From the NCBI RefSeq assembly GCF_963921235.1, contig NC_086097.1, positions 139,998,001 to 140,062,000 of the forward strand: 64,000 bases of DNA. Direction: 5' to 3'. The translations under genes were made by a program, and so were the position numbers. Below the pieces are notes generated by a model that saw nothing but the letters and a program-made list of their open reading frames with translations, was not told the DNA's origin and ran no database searches. Below are positions 35,445-48,642 of the stretch, one piece after another. This DNA comes from Mobula hypostoma. Its lineage: Eukaryota. How positions within the stretch are numbered: the stretch's first letter is position 1; each line of letters starts with the position of its first letter.

Positions 35445-36760
35445 ATATCTCTGGAGTCAGCTTATCTACTGATGTCTACTATAAGCCTACGGACTCTCAC
35501 AGCTACCTGGGCTATTCCTCTTCCCACCCTACCTCTTGCAAAAATGCCATCCCCTTCTCGCAATTCCTCCGTCTCCATCTCTCAGGATGAGGCTTTTCAT
35601 TCCAGGACAAAGGAGTTGTCTTCCTTTTTTAAAGAAAGGGGCTTCCCTTCCTCCACCATCAACTCTGCTCTCAAATGCATCTCTCCCATTTCACACACAT
35701 CTGCTCTCACTCCATCCTCCCGCCACCCCACTTGGGATAGGGTTCCCCTCGTCCTTACCTACCACCCAACCAGCCTCCGGGTCCAACATATAATTCTCTA
35801 ACTCCGCCACCTCCAATGGGATTCCACCACCAAGCACATCTTTCCCTCCTCCCCACTTCTGCTTTCCGCAGGGATCGGCTCCTACGCGATTCCCTTGTCC
35901 ATTCGTCCCCCCATCCCTTCCCACCGATCTCCCTCCCGGCACTTATCCTTGTAAGCGGAATAAGTGCTACACATGCCCTTACACTTCCTCCCTCACCACC
36001 ATTCAGGGCCCCAGACAGTCCTTCTAGGTGAGGCGACACTTCACCTGTGAGTCGGCTGGTGTGATATACTGTGTTCAGTGCTCCCGGTGCGGCCTTCTAA
36101 ATATTGGCGAGACCCAACGCAGACTGGGAGACCATTTCACTGAAAACCTCTGCTCTGTCCGCCAGAGTAAGCAGGATCTCCCAGTGGCCACACATTTTAA
36201 TTCCATGTCCCATTCCCGTTCTGATATGTCTATCCACAGCCTCCTCTACTGTAAAGATGAAGCCACACTCAGGTTGGAGGAACAACACCTTATATTCCAT
36301 CTGGGTAGCCTCCAACCTGATGGCATGAACATTGACTTCTCTAACTTCTTTTAATGCCCCTCCTCCCCTTCTTACCCTATCCTTTATTTAGTTATTTATT
36401 ATTTTTTATTATAATTTTTCCCTTTCTTTCTCTTTTTTTCTCCCTCTGTCCCTCTCACAATATCTTCCTCTGGTGCTCCCCTCCCCCTTTTTCTCTCTAG
36501 GATTCCCTTACCATGATCCTCTCCCTTCTCCAGCCTTGTATTCCTTTTACCAATCAACTTTCCAGCTCTTAGCTCCATCCCTCCCCCTCCTGTCTTCTCC
36601 TATCATTTTAGATCTCCCCTCCCCCTCCCACTTTCAAGTCTCTTATTATCTCTTCTTTCAGTTAGACCTGACGAAGGGTCTCGGCCGAAAACGTCGACTG
36701 TACCTCTTCCTAGAGATGCTGCCTGGCCTGCGTGTGTTCCACCAGCATTTTGTGTGTGTA
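35445..36760 (+). mobile_element. 5'-truncated PLE (RT end, GIY-YIG, 3' repeat)
   Basis: DVYYKPTDSHSYL, FTCESAGVIYCVQCSRCGLL.IGET, LGSLQPDGMNIDFSNF. Same subfamily as 9740-12044. Confidence 0.9.
36663..36700 (+). ncRNA. Minimal hammerhead ribozyme motif, slightly mutated
   Basis: TAGAC-CTGACGA-AGGGTCTCGGCC-GAAAACGTC-GACTG. Confidence 0.65.
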
Positions 36761-36859
36761 GGCCATATTTCTTCCCCGTTCTGATGTTTCTGAACAACAA
36801 GTGAACCTCTTGACCATGTCTGCAAGCTTTTATGCACTGTATATCAAGGCAATGAGTGT

Positions 36860-37370
36860 AGTAGTTAGGCATTGTGCTCCAGTTGTACAGGTTATGGCAC
36901 AGTTGGAGTATTGTGTGTAGTTCTGTCATCAGACTTTAGGAAGGATATGATTAAGCTAGAAATAGTGCAGAAAAGATTCATAGGAATATATCCTGGACAG
37001 AAAGTATTATATTATCAAGAGAGATTGGATAGGCTGGAATTCTTTACTCTGGAATGAAGGAATTGAGATGTGACTTTATAAAAATCTATAAAATTATGTA
37101 GGGCATAGAAAGATAGTCTTTGTATCAAAGTAGGGGAGTCTCAAACTAAAGGGCAAGTTTCTCCACAGAGGGTGGTAGGTACTGAGCTACCAGAGGACAT
37201 GATAGAGGTGGGTACAATTATATATTTTTTTTAAAAATGGGCAGGTACATGGATAGAAAAAGTTTAAAGGAATAAGGATCAAATGCAGGGAAACGGAATT
37301 AATACGCATCTTGGTCAGACTGAACAAGTTGGGCTGAAAGCCCTGTTTAAGTATTGTATAACTCTATGAA
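36860..37370 (+). mobile_element. Decayed CR1 3' fragment
   Basis: LEYCV, RKDMIKLE.VQKRF remnants and CR1-like tail TATAACTCTATG. Confidence 0.7.
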
Positions 37371-38146
37371 CTTCTGTTGATCAATAAATTATAACAATAA
37401 GTTCATATAAATTTCCAGTTGGAGCAATGACATTTCTTCTGTGCCTCTCACCACTGCATTGCATCATGAGTGATCTTGTTGAAATGAGGAAACACAGCAA
37501 CCATTTTCTGAACAGCAGCTTTCAAAATTGTAGGCCTTCAGTGTTCACTTGTGAAGGCAGCAGGCGTCAGTTTAATGTCACGTGTGCAAATAGGTTCCAC
37601 CCACAGCGTGGTGCTCTCTCAGCACACTACTGGGAGAATTAGTATGTAGGCTCAAACTCTCATTCTTCTGGCATCTTGACTGAAAGGAGCCAATCGCCAT
37701 TAGATCCTAGAACACTTCTGATGAAGGGGATTGTAGTATTTAAGGTGGGATTGAGTGGTTGCGAACCAATTCTGTGGGCAAACCAGGGAATGATATTCAA
37801 TCAGGTATATCTATTGACATAAGCAGATGTTAATGCCAAATAGCATGATAGCTTGTTTATTGTCCTTTTAATTTTACAATAATAATTCCTATTTTAGAAA
37901 CATAGAAACGTATTTCCCTTTATTATATTGGAGGCTGATTTTATGACTTATTGAAATTTAATTGTGCTGAGATCTAAATATTGAAATATGGACCAAGATG
38001 TCCAGGATAGTGTTAGTGTGCTTCACAGGGAGTGCAGACAGAAATCTGGAGCCCACAGGTTTTCTGGTGCTGGGGCTTCATAGGCTAGAATTTTCCCCTA
38101 TTTACTGGACCACAGCTGGAAATTAACCATGAGATTGTCAGTGGAT

Positions 38147-40216
38147 CCATAGTCATAGTCATACTTTATTGATCCTGGGGGAAGTTGGTTTTCATTACAG
38201 TTGCACCATAAATAATAGTAATAAAACCATAAATAGTTAAATAGTAATATGTAAATTATGCCAGGAAATAAGTCCAGGACCAGCCTATTGGCTCAGGGTG
38301 TCTGACCCTGTAAGGGAGGAGTTGTAAAGTTTGATGGCCACAGGCAGGAATGACTATCTATAACGCTCTGTGTTGCATCTCGGTGGAATGAGTCTCTGGC
38401 TGAATGTACTCCTGTGCCCACCCAGTACATTATGTAGTGGATAAGAGACATTGTCCAAGATGGCATGCAACTTGGACAGCATCCTCTTTTCAGACACCAC
38501 CGTCAGAGAGTCCAGTTCCATCCCCACAACATCACTGGCCTTACGAATGAGTTTGTTGATTCTGTTGGTGTCTGCTACCCCCAGCCTGCTGCCCCAGCAC
38601 ACAACAGCAAACATGATGGCACTGGCCACCAGAGACTCGTAGAACATCCTCAGCATCGTCCGGCAGATGTTAAAGGACCTCAGTCTCCTCAGGAAATAGA
38701 GACGGCTCTGACCCTTCTTGTAGACAGCCTCAGTGTTCTTTGACCAGTCCAGTTTATTGTCAATTCGTATCCCCAGGTATTTGTAATCCTCCACCATGTC
38801 CACACTGAAACAGGGGTCACCGGTACCTTAGCTCTCCTCAGGTCTACCACCAGCTCCTTAGTCTTTTTCACATTAAGCTGCAGATAATTCTGCTCACACC
38901 ATGTGACAAAGTTTCCTACCGTAGCCCTGTACTCAGCCTCATCTCCCTTCCTGATGCATCCAACTATGGCAGAGTCATCAGAAAACTTCTGAAGATGACA
39001 AGACTCTGTGAAGTAGTTGAAGTCCGAGGTGTAAGTGGTGAAGAGAAAGGGAGACAAGACAGTCCCCTGTGGAGCCCCAGTGCTGCTGATCACTCTGTCG
39101 GACACACAGTGTTGCAAGCACACGTACTGTGGTCTGCCAGTCAGGTAATCAAGAATCCATGACACCAGGGAAGCATCCACCTGCATCACTGTCAGCTTCT
39201 CCCCCAGCAGAGCAGGGCGGATGGTGTTGAACGCACTGGAGAAGTCAAAAAACATGACCCTCACAGTGCTCGCTGGCTTGTCCAGGTGGACATAGACACG
39301 GTTCAGCAGGTAGATGATGGCATCCTCAACTCCTAGTCGGGGCTGGTAGGCGAACTGGGGGGGATCTATGTGTGGCCTGACCATAGGTCGGAGCAGCTCC
39401 AGAACAAGTCTCTCCAGGGTCCTCATGATGTGGGAGGTCAATGCCACCGGTCTGTAGTCATTGACGCCGCTGGGGCACTGCATTCTTTGGCACAGGGACG
39501 AGGTAGGACGTCTTCCACAGCACAGGAACCCTCCGGAGCCTCAGGCTCAGGTTGAATACACGGCGAAGTACTCCACATAGCTGAGGGGCACAGGCTTTGA
39601 GCACCCTGGTACTGACACCATCTGGTCCTGCAGCCTTGCTTGGGTTGAGACGTTTCAGCTGTCTTCTCACCTGTTCAGCTGTGAAGCCCACCGTGGTGGT
39701 TTCGTGTGGGGAAGGGGTATAGTCATGAGAGCAAGGTGGGGCACTGTGAGGAAGGGTAGGAGGGGAGAGTGGAACATGTGTTGGTTGGGGGCGGACAACA
39801 GATGGCTCGTGGGGAATGGGCAGGGGTCATAATGTCAAATCTGTTAAAGAACAGGTTAAGTTCATTGGCCCTGTCCACACTGCCTTCGGCTCCTCTGTTG
39901 CTAGTTTGCGGGAACCTAGTGATGGTCCTCATCCCCCTCCTGACCTCTCTCGTTGTTCTGCTGGAGTTTCCACTCAAGCTTCCTCCCATACCTGTCTTTC
40001 AGGTCCCTCTGTATTGCCCTCAGCTCCTCCCTATTTCCATCTCTGAACACCCTCTTTTTAGCGTTCAGGATGTCCTTAATGTCCTTTGTTACCCATAGCT
40101 TGTTATTTGAATAACAAAGGACAGTTCTTGTCAGAACATTGCAGTCCACACAGAAGTTGATGTAATCAGTGATGCACTCTGTGAGCCCATCAATATCCTC
40201 TCCATGTGGCTCACTG
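38147..40216 (-). mobile_element. 5'-truncated Rex1/Babar LINE
   Basis: KAAGPDGV, DYRPVALT, FFDFSSAFNTI, GAPQGTVLSP, KFSDDSAIVG, YKYLG. AATAAAG(TATGAC)n tail. Confidence 0.9.
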
Positions 40217-40516
40217 TGGAGATCATGGCTTCAGCTGGTACTTTCCTTATCTAATGATAGTTTAACAAATGAGTCACTATGCAGTTTCAGGTTGGTGGCA
40301 GTTACACCAGCTGTCACTCCCACACTCTGTGTGTGCAGAGGACTTAGTGCAGCATCTTTCAGTCCCAGTGCCCTTTCTGAATATTTCTCACTTCTGAACT
40401 GCTATTCTGTGAACAGTGAATTTGTCTAATCTGTTCTTTCAAACATGCTTTAGAATGCAGTCTTATATCAACTTCAAAAGTTTCAAAGAATGATAATCAC
40501 GTGTTTTTATTTGCAG

Positions 40517-40572
40517 ACTTTGAGGGAGCTGCTGTGTTTGTTAAAAGGAGAAAAATTACAAAACACAGAAGA
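40517..40572 (+). CDS. DPY19L1: DPY19L1 internal exon (TLRELLCLLKGEKLQNTE), 56 nt
   Basis: ttttatttgcag acceptor and GA|gtaagt donor. Phase 0 to 2 joins in frame to the next microexon. Sequence is poorly conserved, so the call rests on splice sites, phase and position. Confidence 0.7.
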
Positions 40573-41247
40573 GTAAGTGTCTTGAAGGTATCTGTGTGGG
40601 TTCGGAGTTTGAATTGCAATGGGCTGAGATTTTTTCCAGAGGTTTATAATGCAGAACCAGTTGTTCCTAGAGCAGTGTTTGCTTTTTAAGTCCCATAATT
40701 TTGTAAAGTCAATTGCTAAAACATTTGGGATCTCAGAACCCAATGCCACTTCTGGCTGCATGGTTCTGTGTGCACATGCACAGTGTTACACCACTGTCTT
40801 CCCCATGCTCTCTGCACTACTGACACTTCCCTGGGAAACTGATAGGGATGTATGCAGTTACCATTCCAGTGAGTTGAGTATAGGATAGGAGAAATGAATA
40901 GCAGGAGCTAGATCACTTACATCAAGATTCCTGTGGTGTGCATGAGCTTGGTGTTGGAGGTGCCAAATGTGGTGAATTGGCTCTAACGGAGCACTAAGTT
41001 GAGGGCAGGAATTTGGGAGCTGGCAAAGTGAGAGAAAGTAAATATATCATAGCTTTAGACCTTTGGTGAATTGTAAACAAATTCTAGCTCACCCTTGATG
41101 GATGCTGTCGTTTGTGTCAAATGTCTGCTTTAAAAGCAAGTGGTAGTTAGGTGTTTAAAATATGTTTCAAACAACAAATTTCTGGAGAAACTCAGCATGT
41201 TCCATGACCTCCAGTTAAAGTGTATTTGTTTTTGTTTTTATTTATAG

Positions 41248-41272
41248 GAGCAAGAGTGCAACCCAAGGAGAG
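41248..41272 (+). CDS. DPY19L1: DPY19L1 25-nt microexon ((E)SKSATQGE)
   Basis: Long T-rich tract with tag acceptor and GAG|gtaacg donor. Phase 2 to 0. Ends in GE immediately before LVYH, as in mammalian DPY19L1. Confidence 0.8.
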
Positions 41273-41879
41273 GTAACGTACTTATCAGTATTTTACAACA
41301 AAATGTTATGAATTGTTACTAAATGTCTGCGTTTAGATTGCTGGAGAAAGATAATACTGAAATCCTGATACTAGACTCATAAGCCAGCAAGTAATTTAGG
41401 AGCTAGGCACCATTCTTATATTGGTTTTAAGTAGGACTTTTCTCTTGCTGTCTCCATTACCCAGGCTGCTGACCTTGAGGAGATAATGTACTGTTAGTGT
41501 ATTTATACTAGACATCTTCTGACCATTACCAACTGCACAAGTGCTTACATTATAAATTAAGGACTTGTGTATTCAGAGCCCTGAAGTCTTGAGAGATGGG
41601 AGAATGCAAAATAGGCAAAATCTCACTGTTCCTGAGAAATGTGGCTGGGATGGAAGTCTGTCCTATTTTACTCTAGATCAAGTGGCAGGTGGTCCACTCT
41701 CTGCAGCTTCCTATCTCTGCCTGTTTGCTGTCATCCGCCGTCTCTTGGCTAACTGGGAAAATGCACTCAGTTGATCACTTTGGGCCCATTAGGAATAGGG
41801 GCAGAGTCTACACTGATCTCTAACAAGAGAGGTCAGCATACAATAGATGCCATTTTTGGTTTCTGAAAACTCTTCTACC

Positions 41880-42910
41880 ATTTCAGGGATCCAGGAAGAG
41901 CTGACTAATTGGATACACAGTTGGCTTAATGGTATGAAGAAGAGTGATGGTTAATGATCGTTTCTGAAACTGGAGGCCTGTGACTAGTGGTGTTCCCCAA
42001 GTATTGGTGCTGGGCCCAATATTAATAATATGGACAAGAATATACAAGTAGTGGTTAGTAAGTTTTTAGGTGACACTAAAATAGGTGGTGGTGTTGTCAG
42101 TTGAGAGAAGTTATCAAAAGTTACAGGGGGATCTTGATCAGCTGGATAAGTGAGCCAAGGAATGGCAAATGTTTAATTCAGTTAAGTGCAAAATTTTGCA
42201 TTTTGGAAGTCAAATCAAGGTAAGACTATCATAGTAAATGGTAAGGCCCTGGAGGGTGTTGTGAAACAGAGGGACCTTGGAGTTCAGGTATATGGTTCCC
42301 TGAAATTAGAGTCACAGATGGACAGGGTAGTGAAGAAAGCTTTTGACATGCTGGTCTCCATCAGTCAGAGCATTGAGGATGAAAGTTGGGAGGTCGTGGT
42401 GCAGTTGTACAGGACGCTGGTAAGTTCGCACTTGGAGTATTCCGGTTTGGTCACCGTGATGTAGGAAAGATGTCATTAAATGTAAAGAGTGCTGCCAGGA
42501 CACTGAACTTTCGGGAGAGGTTGGACAAACTTTTTCTGACACGAGCACAAAGAGTTCACTTTCTGGAGGTGTATAAAATCATGAGAGGCATAGATAGGGT
42601 GAATATACAAAGTATTTTCCCGCGGGTTGGGGAATCAAGAACTGCAAAACATAGATCCAAGGTAAGAGGGGAAATATTAATTAGGAACCTGAGGGCCATT
42701 TTTTTCACATTGAGGATGGAACGTATATGGAATGAACTGCCAAAGGAAGAGGCTGAGGCATGTTTCACTAATATCATTGCATGGATAGGAAATGTTCAGA
42801 AGGATTTGGCCAAACATGGACAAATTGGGCTACTTTAAATGGGCATCATGGTCAGCATGGACAAGTTGGGCCAAAGAGCCTTTTGCTGTGGTGATTGACT
42901 TTATGACTAT
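41880..42910 (+). mobile_element. Decayed CR1 LINE 3' half
   Basis: [31 protein letters not shown] remnants. Confidence 0.75.
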
Positions 42911-42994
42911 TCAGCTCCTGAAGAGCTCCTGCCCATAGAGCAGCAAGAATTTTGTGACTGCCCCTAGATTGAAATGTCCTGGAGTTGGAGGGGT

Positions 42995-45400
42995 CACAGA
43001 GTCACAGAATTGTACAGCATAGCAGCAGGACCTTCGGCCCAATATATCTGTGCTCCCAATCATATCACTCTATACAAATCCTATTATATACAATATATCT
43101 GTGCTCCCAATCATATCACTCTGTACAAATCCTATGTGCTTGTATTAATTACATATCCTTCTATGCCCAGCTCATTCAATACATGTCCTGATGCCTCTTT
43201 AATATTTTTTACTGTTCCTGCCTCCACCACCACCTCTGGCAGCTCATTCCTGAGACCAGTTATTCCCCGGATGTCCTTCAAATCTCCTTCCTCTCACGCA
43301 AAGCCTGTTCCCTCTAGTTTTAGACACTCCTATCTGTGATTCTGGTTATCTACCCTGTCTATGCATCCCATAATTTTATATGCCTCTGTCATGTTACCTC
43401 TCAGCCTCTGTGGCTGCAGGGAAAACCAACCCAACTATCCGGTCTCCTCTTAACTTGTGTCCTCCAATCCAGGCAACACCCTTGTGAATCTTTTCTGCAT
43501 CCTCTCTAATTATATCCTTTCAATGATGTGGTGATCAGAACTGCTCACAGTACTCCAAGTGCGGTCTAACCAATGTTTGTACAACTGTGACATGATGTCC
43601 TAACACTTGTACTCTGTCAGTGAAGGTAAGGATTCCATATGCCGCCTTTGCTATATTGCCACTGACAGGGAACAGTATAACTGTACCCTGAAACCTCTCT
43701 GTTTACCAACAGTCCTCCAGGGTCCTGTCATTCACTGTGTATGTCCTGTTCGGGCTTAACTTTCTAAAATGCACAATTTTGTATTTGTTAGAGTTAAACT
43801 CCATGGCCCACTTTCCCATTTGATCAATATCTCGTTGTAACCATAGTCAACTTTCTTCACTGTTCACCACACTACGAACTTTGGATCTGTCCATAAACTT
43901 ACTAATTATGCTGCCTATTTCTTGTCCAGATCAGTAATATATATATAACAAACAGCAGAGGACCTGGCATCAATCTCTGTGGCACACTACGAGTGACAAC
44001 CCTCCCATCAGAAAAGCTCTCCACGTACTACCTCTGCCTTCTGCAGCCAAGTCAAATTTGTATCCATTTGACTAGCTCACCTTGCGTCCCATGTTATCTA
44101 ACCTCCTGGATCAGTATACCATGTGGTGCCTTTGTAAAGTCCATGTAGATAATGCCTGCTACCATGGCCTTATCAATCCACTTGGTCACCTCTTCAAACA
44201 ACTGAGCTAAACTGGTGAGATATGATTTCCTGCACATAAAGCCATGCTGACTAGGCATAATAAGCTGTTGCCTTTCCTGTCTCACAGAATTCCTACCAAT
44301 AACTTTACCAGCATTGCTGCAAGGCTGATCACTGGCCTGTGTTTCCCCAGTTTACCTTAGCTTCCCTTCTTGAATAAATGAACAGTATTAGATGTCCTCT
44401 GGTCACCTGTGGCTATCAAAATTACAAAATTTCTGGCAAACCCGCCCGACCCCCACCCAGCAATCTCCTGCCATGCTTCTGGCAACATCCAATGAAACAA
44501 CTGGTCAGAGCTGAGGGATTTATACACCTCTATGCATGTTAGGGCCTCCAACACCTCCTGTTCCGTGTTACTGATATTCTCCATGGATCACTGTTCCTTC
44601 CCCTGAAATCATTGGCTTCCATGTAAATACAGATGAGTAGTAATTGCAGATGTAAGGTTTCAGTTATAACCCATAGCTCCACATGCAGATTACTACACCA
44701 ATCCTTAAGGGATCAACTTTTTTCCTTAGTTTTCCTTTTGCTCTTTATGTACTCACAGAATCTTTCAGGATTCTCCCTATTATCATGTCCCCATTTAGCC
44801 CTCCTGGTTTTTTGTTTTTAAGTCTGCTCCTGTATCTCTGAGCTCCCTGGGGGACTACTTGATTCCAGCTCCCTATACCTGACATATGCTTCCCTTTTCC
44901 TGACCAGACCTTTGATGTCCCTCATCACTAAAAGTTCCCTAATCTTGCCAGCCTTGCCTTTCAGTCTTAACAGGCACATGCTGGCCCTGAATTCTCAGTA
45001 TCTCAGCTTTTAAATCCTCCCATCTGCCAGACATCACTTTATCTGTAAACAATCTCTCCCAAACAACTTTTGAGATTTTTTGTCTGATGTTATCAAAATT
45101 GACTTTGCCCCAATTTAAGATTTTAATTTGAGGACCAGTCCCATCTTTTTCCATAACTATCTTGAAACTAATAGAATTATGGTCACTTCACTGGTCCCGA
45201 CGTGCTCCCCCACTGACACATCACCCTCCTTTTCCCAGCACTAGCTCAAGTGCGGCCCCCTTCTCTAGTAGGGCCATCTTCATGTTCCTTCAGTAAACTT
45301 CCTGGCCGCTCTTAGCACATCTAGCCCCATTCAATTCCTTAGTCCCAGTCAATATTCAGGAAGTAAAAATTTTCAATTATTACAACCCCATTATCTCTAC
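42995..45400 (-). mobile_element. Decayed CR1 LINE, with a local tandem duplication of about 45 bp at 43040-43135
   Basis: LNWGK.NFD.IRQ and SQHGF..KS.LT remnants; CAATATATCTGTGCTCCCAATCATATCACTCT(A/G)TACAAATCCTAT occurs twice. Confidence 0.75.
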
Positions 45401-45567
45401 ACCTATATGTGATTTCCTAGATATTTGAGCCAACTGTGGGTATCTGTGCTGAGGTCTTGCAGCTTGGAACAGTGATGATGGAGGGAGAACTTGAGGCTGA
45501 TATTGCCAGAGATGCCTCTGATTGGAACTGTATAATGCATGTGTGTGATTTGTGTTTCTTTCCACAG

Positions 45568-45687
45568 CTGGTCTATCACGTTTTGCAGTTGGTAGCATTT
45601 GTATTGCTGGCTGTTCTCATCATGAGGCTCAAACTTTTCCTCACACCTCACTTGTGTCTCATGGCTTCTCTGATTTGTTCCAGACAG
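45568..45687 (+). CDS. DPY19L1: DPY19L1 exon (LVYHVLQL...[23 protein letters not shown]), 120 nt
   Basis: cag acceptor and gtaaga donor; signature DPY19 motif [11 protein letters not shown]. Confidence 0.95.
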
Positions 45688-46384
45688 GTAAGATAACTTC
45701 TGCAGTGAAATTTAATCACATGTGTCTACCACAAGGCCTGACGTGACACTCAATTGAGATTTCCAACAAATCTTGCTGCACTTCATGGGACAAGTTTCAG
45801 TTTGCAGTGTTTTGGGGTTTTATTTAATCTTCCTCCAGAAATCCCTGCTATCACAGAAGCCCATCGACAAGCAATGTAAACATCACTGCAGGAGTTCCTC
45901 AGAGCTGTGACCTAGGCCCAACCACCTGTTTCATCAATGCCATTCCTTCCATCACAAGTTTAGAAGTGGGAGGTTTCCTGATGATTGCACAACATTCAAA
46001 ATCGTTTGCAAACTCAGCCAATACTGCATGCAGGCACAAAACAATTAACATCTTCAAGAGGAGAAAGCTTAACACATGACTTTGAAAGCTGCAGATGTTA
46101 ACATTTGCATTGAATGGATCTGATGAAGGGTCACGAAATGCTAATTCTGTCTCTCTGGGTAACCTGGGATAAGGAGCAATCAAGCTAATACCACTTTGCA
46201 TTGACACTAGTTCAAGTGTGGCAGTTCAAAACCAACCTCCAGATCTTCTTTGAGATGAATCAACTTGACTTTCCCTCATCCAGGAGTACTGACTGTCCAG
46301 ATTCAGACACATGCTCTGATTTCATGATGAGGTTCTGCATTCTCCCCTCCGGGACAGCTGCCTGATCTTTATCACTCATGATAT

Positions 46385-46649
46385 CACTGGACAACAAAGA
46401 TTTTGCTTCCTGAATACTTTTCAGTGTATCTTACGGATTTTGGGCAGCTGATTGTGTAAATCACGATGACATTTCCATATCATGCACCATTTTTTTATAA
46501 TCGAATATATTTGTTATTTCAATTCTTAATTCAAGTCAATTAAAATGTTGCCCACAATGTAAGTTGAAAAGTTTTCTATCTTGTCTGGGCATGGTTAGGC
46601 AGGATGGACACTGCATGGCAGGACAGGTTTTGGAAAGGCTATAAAAGCA

Positions 46650-46703
<54 letters not shown>

Positions 46704-47395
46704 ATACACACACTGTTCTATGCATTGTGCTTATATGTGTATCGGTTTGCGATTACGATGTGCATGTTCTACACACATAGCATGTTGTGTGTACTCATTA
46801 TGATAAAGTAATTGTATTTTCAGGAGTACTTGTGATAGCAAATATCTTGCCAATGTTGCAGCAGCTGCAGAACTTTCTGTTATATTTATGATGAGTATAT
46901 GCTTAAATCTCAAAGACGGAGCATGACTCCTCTTATTAAGAAAGCCTATGAGCTGTACTTTGGGTATAAGATTGGTGACCATAGACAAAGCCTGAGATCC
47001 TCATATTAGTTGCATTCCCATTTAGACTTCTTCCTTGCAAATCTTGGCACTGTCAGTGACGAGCATAGTGAAAGGTTTCATCCGGACATTGCGATCATGG
47101 AGGACTGGAACCTATCAAAGCTGGCTGATTATTGTTGGACACTTAAGCAAGAAGATGTGGACACTGAGTACAAATGAAAATCATTAACAAAACATTTTTT
47201 TTAGCTTAGTTGAACTATTGCAAAGCGTCAGCACCATTATGCAATTAAACACATAAAAGTTCATTTCTTGTTTCTCTAAATTCCTATGTGATACAAGTAG
47301 TCTGAGATTATATCTGTGTTCAGCTTCAAGTGGTCTATTATAACCACAAAGAATTTCTGAGGAAGCAACACTTGGAAAAAAATCGTTGCCCTGTG
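46385..47395 (+). mobile_element. Internally deleted Chapaev3-like (CMC superfamily) DNA transposon
   Basis: CAC...GTG termini with imperfect TIRs (CACTGGACAAC / GTTGCCCTGTG). N-terminal FCYI...QRRSMTPLIKKAYELYFG.KIGD is fused directly to C-terminal HSHLDFF..NLG.VSDEH.ERFH.DI...LADYCW. Family assignment is from motif recall. Confidence 0.65.
46656..46713. repeat. (CA)n microsatellite
   Basis: About 28 CA units with two TA interruptions. Confidence 0.95.
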
Positions 47396-48467
47396 TGCTT
47401 TCCCATCATCAAAGTCTTGGAGTCCTCATTAATAAGAAACAGAATGAATCGCCTTCTGACAAAGCACATATTGGGAGTGTGATTGAACTCTCTCCACTTA
47501 CCTGGGTGAGTCAGTCCAACAACTCTCAATTTCAGCATCACATTCACTTTGCAAGTCAATCAAAGTGCTCCTCTGACTTCAGTTCTCAACATGAGGAGAG
47601 CTGGAAGACTTGGGAAGTGTCCCTTGTTTAAGAATTCTCATCTCTTCTGATAATTACTGCTTACCTTCCTGTACCTGTTTTAGAGGGAAACACTGAAAAA
47701 CTGGGATTGTCAGTTTTGAAGCACTATAGGTTAGGAGAAGTTAATGCTTTTATACTTGAGGGATGTAGATGAGAGGTTGTTCTCATTGACAGGAAGACCA
47801 GAGGGATTAAATTTACAGTGATGGGCTAAAGAGCCAAAGGCTACCTGAAAAGGAGCTTTGTTATGCAGTGGTGGTTAGTTCTAGAGTTCCTTGCCTGATG
47901 GGTTCAGCTGTGGCTTTGAGAGGAAATTGGATCAGTGCTCGGAAGCAAAGTCATGACAGGGTTACTCAGAGAGGCTGTAGCAGGATCGCAGATGTGGTTT
48001 TGGGCAATGGTGGAATGAGTTCCTCTTTAGCGCTTACTGCTCAGTATTTTTATGAAGTCATCGCTCAGTATCATTTAAAATGTGATGAAATTGGTCTTTG
48101 TCACCATTTCAGAAGTGAGATCTGGACAACTACTCTCCATGCAGAAAACATTCCTCCCACAATCCCCCACCACCTTCCCTCCAGACCCTCAGCAATTAAA
48201 CAATCTCTCAATACTGATCTGTGCCATGGGAAATGGGTTAATGTTTTACATGTTGTCTAAGCTTCTAGTACTTTTCTGCACTCAGACTGTGGGAGTTATA
48301 CAGCAGTAAGAGGTTGTAAAATCACTTACTTCCTTTTGAACCAGTTGCTGCTGTTTATTAATGGTGGATTTACTAGTCTTTTAATTTCCTATCCACACCA
48401 ACCTGGGGCTTCCTTTGTTACATAGAAAATTTGTTCATGAGTTTTGATTTCCCTTCCTTTGTCGAAG

Positions 48468-48642
48468 CTCTTGTGGTGGATCAGGACTAAATCCCTCCAC
48501 CAGATACTTGTGTGTGTGATACTGGCAGCAATGGCTGTACAAGGAGCCATGAACCTGAAAGAACAGTGGAGCATAATCGGAGAGTTCAGCAACTTCCCCC
48601 AGGAGGAGTTATTGGAGTGGATCAAGGAAAACACCAAAAAGG
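48468..48642 (+). CDS. DPY19L1: DPY19L1 exon (LLWWIRTK...QGAMNLKEQWSIIGEFSNFPQEELLEWIKENTKK), 175 nt
   Basis: Pyrimidine tract with aag acceptor and G|gtaagt donor; GEFSN.PQEEL.EWIK motif. Confidence 0.92.
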
